Below the pieces are notes generated by a model. The model searched no databases and had not been told where the DNA came from. It saw only the letters and a program-made list of their open reading frames with translations. Position numbers and translations under genes: made by a program. Shown here piece after piece: positions 59,464 to 64,000 of a stretch of DNA of 64,000 bases. The stretch lies in assembly GCA_047947115.1 (NCBI GenBank), contig CP170459.1, forward strand, positions 5,888,001-5,952,000, read 5' to 3'. This stretch comes from Verrucomicrobiota bacterium (GTDB taxonomy: Bacteria; Verrucomicrobiota; Verrucomicrobiia; Limisphaerales; AAA164-E04). The number at the start of each line of letters is the position of its first letter. Position 1 is the stretch's first letter.

Positions 59464-61170
59464 ATGCAACGCCTCCAACAACTTGTCGAAAAGCTGGACA
59501 CTACGTCGAAAGATTCGATCAAAGTGGAGGCTTTGAAGTCCTACTTTCAATCGGTTCCCCCCGAAGATGCGGCCTGGGCTCTATTTTTTCTGGAAGAACG
59601 CAAACTTCAAACCAAAGTCAGCCTGCGTGTGCTCAAGGAACTGGTGACCACACAAACCGGTTTGCCCTTTTGGCTGATTGACGGCAGCAATCACCGGGTA
59701 AATGATTATCCAGAAACCTTGGCACTCCTTCTCCCCTGGAGCGGTCGAGCCAGCGAACTGTCCCTTTCCACACTGGCGGTGCAATTCATCCAACCGCTTG
59801 CCGGATTCAGCCCCATGGCCAGACGCGACACCATCCGCTGCGCATGGGAAAATCTCAACACCACCCAGCGGGTGTTGTTTAACAAAATGCTGACCGGGGG
59901 ACTCAAACTCAATGTAACACGTGATCAGATCCACACCGCACTCGCCGAACTTTCGAGTGTCTCCAAAAATATTGTGGCAAGACGCCTTGGAGGCGACTGG
60001 CATCCTCAAAGCAGTTTTTTCAATGATCTGATCAAACCCGAAGCGGATCACGAACGGGCACTGAACCCTTATCCCTTCGCCACATCGCAGGAACTGACCG
60101 ATGCCCCCGAATCTCTGGGATCGGCGGGTGAGTGGTTTGGCGAGTGGAACCTCAAGGGCATCCGTGTTCAACTTGTCAGAAGAAAGGATGGATCCGCGAT
60201 TTGGTCGCAGGACATGCATTCGCTGGATGAAGCATTTCCTGAACTCATCACGGCATGCGAACTCTTGCCGACCGGAACGGTCGTTGAAGGAATCATCACC
60301 CCGGCACAGAACGAGGATCCCAACCCCATCACGCCACTCAACAAACGAGTACGACGCAAAAAAACGCCCAGAAAAGAAACCATTCCGATCATGTTGAACG
60401 TTCAAGATGTGTTGGAATGGCGGGGCAAGGACATACGCGAACAGGCATTCACCGATCGGAGAAAACAACTGAACCAGGTGCTCAGCGAGTGGGAACAACA
60501 ATGGAAACTGCATGCCAACGGAGTATCCAAACCGTCCATCGACCCTGATTTTTTTCAACAGGAAATGTTCGCAATCGATGATGTGGTGACTCCGATGCCA
60601 ACGAACGAAGCCCCGCCTCTCCCGTTCCAGGCTTCCCTTTTGGAAACAGCTTCGGATTGGGAGTCCTTTCAGGAACAATTGGGCCAATCGCCTCCAGTTC
60701 CAAGCGATGGAATCATTTTACGACAGATCAACTCGCCATACGCTTCGGATGCCGAAAGCGCTTCCTGGTGGCTCTGGCATCCACGCGCTTACAAAGCCAA
60801 CCTGGTGTTGGCGGGCATTATTCACCCTGCTCCGGAAAAACCTCATGAACGTCGTGCCTATCTTTTTGCCGCCATGGACAAAGGTTCCGCGGTCCTGGTA
60901 GGGAACGTCCAACATGGCATGGATCCGGCCATATCAGAAATGCTGGATGCTTGGGTCCAAAAAAACACCACCAAAAAGCAGGGCCCCGTTCACTTTGTCA
61001 AACTGGAACACGTTTTCGAGATCGCCTTTCAGGAAGCAACACCCGCTCCGCGTTCTGCGGCAACTTTCAAATTGGCGCAACCCAGGATCATGGGCTATCT
61101 GGCAAATCTCACCCTGGAACATGCTTGTCAGATCGACGCGCTAAAAGCCATGGATCCCTCCCCCGTCTAA
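59464..61170 (+). CDS. ATP-dependent DNA ligase homologue with degenerate catalytic motifs
   Basis: N-terminal DNA-binding domain (KVEALKSYF...DAAWA...ETLALLLP...FNKMLTGG), NTase and OB regions, but motif I reads EWNLKGIR. Alternative GTG start at 59428 overlaps the nuclease stop. Confidence 0.85.
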   Translation: MQRLQQLVEKLDTTSKDSIKVEALKSYFQSVPPEDAAWALFFLEERKLQTKVSLRVLKELVTTQTGLPFWLIDGSNHRVNDYPETLALLLPWSGRASELSLSTLAVQFIQPLAGFSPMARRDTIRCAWENLNTTQRVLFNKMLTGGLKLNVTRDQIHTALAELSSVSKNIVARRLGGDWHPQSSFFNDLIKPEADHERALNPYPFATSQELTDAPESLGSAGEWFGEWNLKGIRVQLVRRKDGSAIWSQDMHSLDEAFPELITACELLPTGTVVEGIITPAQNEDPNPITPLNKRVRRKKTPRKETIPIMLNVQDVLEWRGKDIREQAFTDRRKQLNQVLSEWEQQWKLHANGVSKPSIDPDFFQQEMFAIDDVVTPMPTNEAPPLPFQASLLETASDWESFQEQLGQSPPVPSDGIILRQINSPYASDAESASWWLWHPRAYKANLVLAGIIHPAPEKPHERRAYLFAAMDKGSAVLVGNVQHGMDPAISEMLDAWVQKNTTKKQGPVHFVKLEHVFEIAFQEATPAPRSAATFKLAQPRIMGYLANLTLEHACQIDALKAMDPSPV

Positions 61171-62951
61171 AACTGCTTGTTGCTCAACCATACGTTTTGA
61201 TAGGGGCGCAGCACAAAACCACCGCGCACATCGTCCACGCCTTCACCACTGATCAGATCCTTCCATGTGTCCGTTGTAATCAGATTAAGGTCCCCCAATT
61301 GAATCTCGATAAAATCGGAACTGACGTTGTTGAGGCAAAAGATGCTCTGGTCGCGCCGCATACTCTGCCGCCAGAAGGCAAACACACGATCCTCCAAATG
61401 CAGCGTGAACTGGGTGGCATTGGGGTGAAACGCCGGTTGACGTCGACGCAGTGCGATCAGTTTGAGAAGCTCTTTGTAAATGCGCGAATGTATGGATGTC
61501 GGCTCTCCCAACAAGGATTCAAGTTGGTCCATTTCCCATTCATGCCGATTGATTGAACGGTTGTGTCCGGTGTGTTCACAGAGTGCGTGATCATTGGGCG
61601 TGCCGAACAAACTGTGAATATAGATACCCGGAATCCCTTCTATCGCCAGCAGAATGGCGTGCGCACACACATACCGATCCAGATGCCACTCGTCCACTCC
61701 GGATTCAAATGTTGCCTTGAACGCATCAAACAAACTGATGTTGATTTCATAGGGTGAAGGGATCCCGCCTTCCGCAGCCCGCCATGAAACCTTGCCACCC
61801 ATGCGTTCCATCGTATCCACCAAGGAACGCATTTCCTGGTCTTCCAACAAACCTTCCGCAGGCCGCAGCCCAATGCCATCATGCGAAGCAATAAAGTTGA
61901 AAAAAGTGGTCCCCTCCTGCGCCGGCGGCATGCTCATCATCCATGCTTTGAGATGCCGGCAGTGCCCTGCAAGCATGGCATGCAGCAGCAAAGGTGGAAG
62001 GGAGAAATTGTAAATGATGTGCGCCTCGTTTCCATTCCCAAAATAGCTGAGGTTTTCATGATTCGGAATATTGGTTTCCGTCATCAACCACACCGGCTCC
62101 GGATACTGATCCACCAAGGTGCGAAGCAGACGCACGGTTTCATGCGTCTTGGGATGGTTGAGGCAGCGGGTGCCGAGTTCTTTCCAAAGATAGGCGATGG
62201 CATCCAAACGAATCACCCTCACCCCTCGCTGCAGATAACCGGCTAGGATGCGAATCATTTCCAGCAGCACCGCTGGTTCACCGAAATTCAGGTCCACTTG
62301 ATCATGACTGAAAGTACACCATACATATTTCACACCAGCATCGGAAGGTACGGGACGTGCCAAAGGTGAGGTCCGGGGCCTGGCCACCTGATTCAGATCA
62401 TCATTTGGTGAAATTTCGATGAAGAATTTATCATAGGGAGACTCCTGGTGCTGGTAGGCCGTAAACCACGGATGGGAAGAGGAACAATGATTGATCACAC
62501 AATCCGCCATCAAACGGAAATCTTCAGCAATCCCTGTCAAATCCGACCAATCACCAAGTTCAGGATTCACGACCTCGTAGTCGGAAATGGCAAACCCGTC
62601 ATCAGAAGTGTATGGAAAAAAGGGCAGAACGTGGACGCCGGAAAAACAGGACTGAAGATGCTTCTTCAAAAAGTCGCACAAGGTTGACAAAGGTTTTTCT
62701 TCTTTTCGTCTCAATGAACTCCCGTAGGTTATCAGGAAACAATCCTGCTGATCCCAGCCCGTATCTGGCCTGCCAGAAAGCATCTCAACGGACGAAGGTG
62801 GAAAAAGTGATAAGACGGACTCTGCCAGAACATCAATCTGACCATCCGGATAAATCACCTCCAGGTGACGTTTCAACCGCTCCTTGAACTCTTCCTGCAT
62901 GATGACTTCTTTTGACATGTCTGGTCTGCAAATTTCAATGGATTCTATCAA
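61167..62951 (-). CDS. GH13_18 sugar phosphorylase, probably glucosylglycerate phosphorylase
   Basis: HVLPFFPY.SDDGF, RLDAIAY, TETN, ASHDGIG, PYEIN; adjacent to a GpgS-like gene. Start may be 62900. Confidence 0.85.
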   Translation of the reverse strand: MIESIEICRPDMSKEVIMQEEFKERLKRHLEVIYPDGQIDVLAESVLSLFPPSSVEMLSGRPDTGWDQQDCFLITYGSSLRRKEEKPLSTLCDFLKKHLQSCFSGVHVLPFFPYTSDDGFAISDYEVVNPELGDWSDLTGIAEDFRLMADCVINHCSSSHPWFTAYQHQESPYDKFFIEISPNDDLNQVARPRTSPLARPVPSDAGVKYVWCTFSHDQVDLNFGEPAVLLEMIRILAGYLQRGVRVIRLDAIAYLWKELGTRCLNHPKTHETVRLLRTLVDQYPEPVWLMTETNIPNHENLSYFGNGNEAHIIYNFSLPPLLLHAMLAGHCRHLKAWMMSMPPAQEGTTFFNFIASHDGIGLRPAEGLLEDQEMRSLVDTMERMGGKVSWRAAEGGIPSPYEINISLFDAFKATFESGVDEWHLDRYVCAHAILLAIEGIPGIYIHSLFGTPNDHALCEHTGHNRSINRHEWEMDQLESLLGEPTSIHSRIYKELLKLIALRRRQPAFHPNATQFTLHLEDRVFAFWRQSMRRDQSIFCLNNVSSDFIEIQLGDLNLITTDTWKDLISGEGVDDVRGGFVLRPYQNVWLSNKQF

Positions 62952-64000
62952 GCCACATGACGTTCCAAGGCCTCGCCATTTGACATGGGAGAATGACCGA
63001 ACGATTCCATGTCCTCATGAACCGCCCTCGCGAGTTGCCGATGAATGTTGGGATTGGCGCTGATGACTCGATTCCATGAAGGAACAAATGGAGTCTCCAT
63101 GGGATATTCAAGAAAAAGTTGTCCCGCTTTCATCAGGTTTTCAGCAAACAATTCCACGGTGGATTCCTCCTTATGGACATCCAGCTTCAGCCCGTTCATG
63201 ACGGCGTCCTTCCGAAATGATTCTACAAAATCCAACGCCGTGCGATAGTAGGTCGCCTTGATGGTTCTGAAAACTTCCGTGGTAAAAACCACTCCGTTGG
63301 TCGCCAGTTTCCGGTAAAAAGCTTTGCAAATATCAATGGACATTTTGGACAGGCCTTTGTTGGCGTCTTCCGGAGACAAGTCCTGATGTTTATGATCGTA
63401 AACATCCGTCAATTCAACCTGACAGATCCTGTTCACCGAGTAGTTGCGCTTCATCTCGGACAGAATACCGATCTCAAGTCCCCAGTCATTGGGAATGCGC
63501 ATGTCCCGAATCGCGTTTGCCTGAAAGGAAAATTCCCCTGCCAACGGATATCGGAAGCTGTCGAGAAACTCCAGGTGATCATGGTATCCAACCACCTGTT
63601 GCAGAGCTTTGATCAGTGGCGTCACAAGCAAACGGGCCACCCTGCCGTTTAGTTTTCCATCGGCATAACGTGCGTAATATCCTTTGCAGAAGCGAAAATT
63701 AAACGATGGATTTGCAACCGGATACAACAACCGGGCAAGCATCGAACGATCATACGTCACAATATCGCAATCATGCAAGGCCACCGAGGCAAGCTGATCC
63801 ATTGACATGAGGTAGCCCAAACAATACCACACATTGCACCCCTTCCCCAATTCGACCGGAGCCAGATTGTCCTCTTTAAGTTGGTCATCGATGGCCTTGA
63901 GCCGGGGGCCGTCATTCCACAGGACAACATGCTTTTGTGGCAAAACGGAAAAATACTCCAAAGCATGCCGGTATTCCGATTCTGAGGCGCGATCCAATCC
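62948..64000 (-). CDS. Glucosyl-3-phosphoglycerate synthase-like glycosyltransferase; 5' end outside the window
   Basis: GKGCNVW, LHDCDI, FCKGYYAR, GRVARLLVTPL, RYPLAGEF, DWGLEIG, YDHKHQ. Confidence 0.85.
   Translation of the reverse strand, partial: GLDRASESEYRHALEYFSVLPQKHVVLWNDGPRLKAIDDQLKEDNLAPVELGKGCNVWYCLGYLMSMDQLASVALHDCDIVTYDRSMLARLLYPVANPSFNFRFCKGYYARYADGKLNGRVARLLVTPLIKALQQVVGYHDHLEFLDSFRYPLAGEFSFQANAIRDMRIPNDWGLEIGILSEMKRNYSVNRICQVELTDVYDHKHQDLSPEDANKGLSKMSIDICKAFYRKLATNGVVFTTEVFRTIKATYYRTALDFVESFRKDAVMNGLKLDVHKEESTVELFAENLMKAGQLFLEYPMETPFVPSWNRVISANPNIHRQLARAVHEDMESFGHSPMSNGEALERHVA

Noticed and set aside
59581..60687. Long antisense ORFs (368 aa here; also 44887-45738, 35851-36651 and 57004-57828)
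   Set aside because: These are shadows of well-supported genes on the opposite strand, with no recognisable motifs.

Overview
A 64-kb bacterial chromosomal window, most likely from a marine Verrucomicrobiota genome. That assignment is inferred from an ECF sigma factor with a long C-terminal extension, a PVC-type c-cytochrome protein, many secreted glycan enzymes and glucosylglycerate genes. Core genes are rpmI-rplT-pheS-pheT, ftsK, dnaA (no dnaN beside it), clpP-clpX, rdgB, pcm and ggt. They are mixed with accessory genes: pectate lyase, GH95, a pilin, SET, JAB and NYN proteins, a VTC cluster, and ZIP and DAACS transporters. There is one IS481-family element and several REP/MITE-like repeat families. 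I saw no rRNA, tRNA or CRISPR array. The most notable observations are: (1) an intact ATP-dependent DNA-ligase homologue lacking essentially all nucleotidyltransferase catalytic residues, coupled to an intact ligase-associated nuclease; (2) a dispersed ~150-160 nt structured repeat in three copies, with a conserved scaffold and two variable segments of near-fixed length; (3) a tail-to-tail fusion of two truncated genes near 1211-1215; (4) in-frame stops and frameshifts confined to accessory genes; (5) a dnaA with tandem DnaA boxes but no dnaN and no apparent skew switch; (6) an unannotated 54-aa ORF with a candidate sigma54 promoter and terminator. All family calls come from motif recognition by eye, not from database searches.
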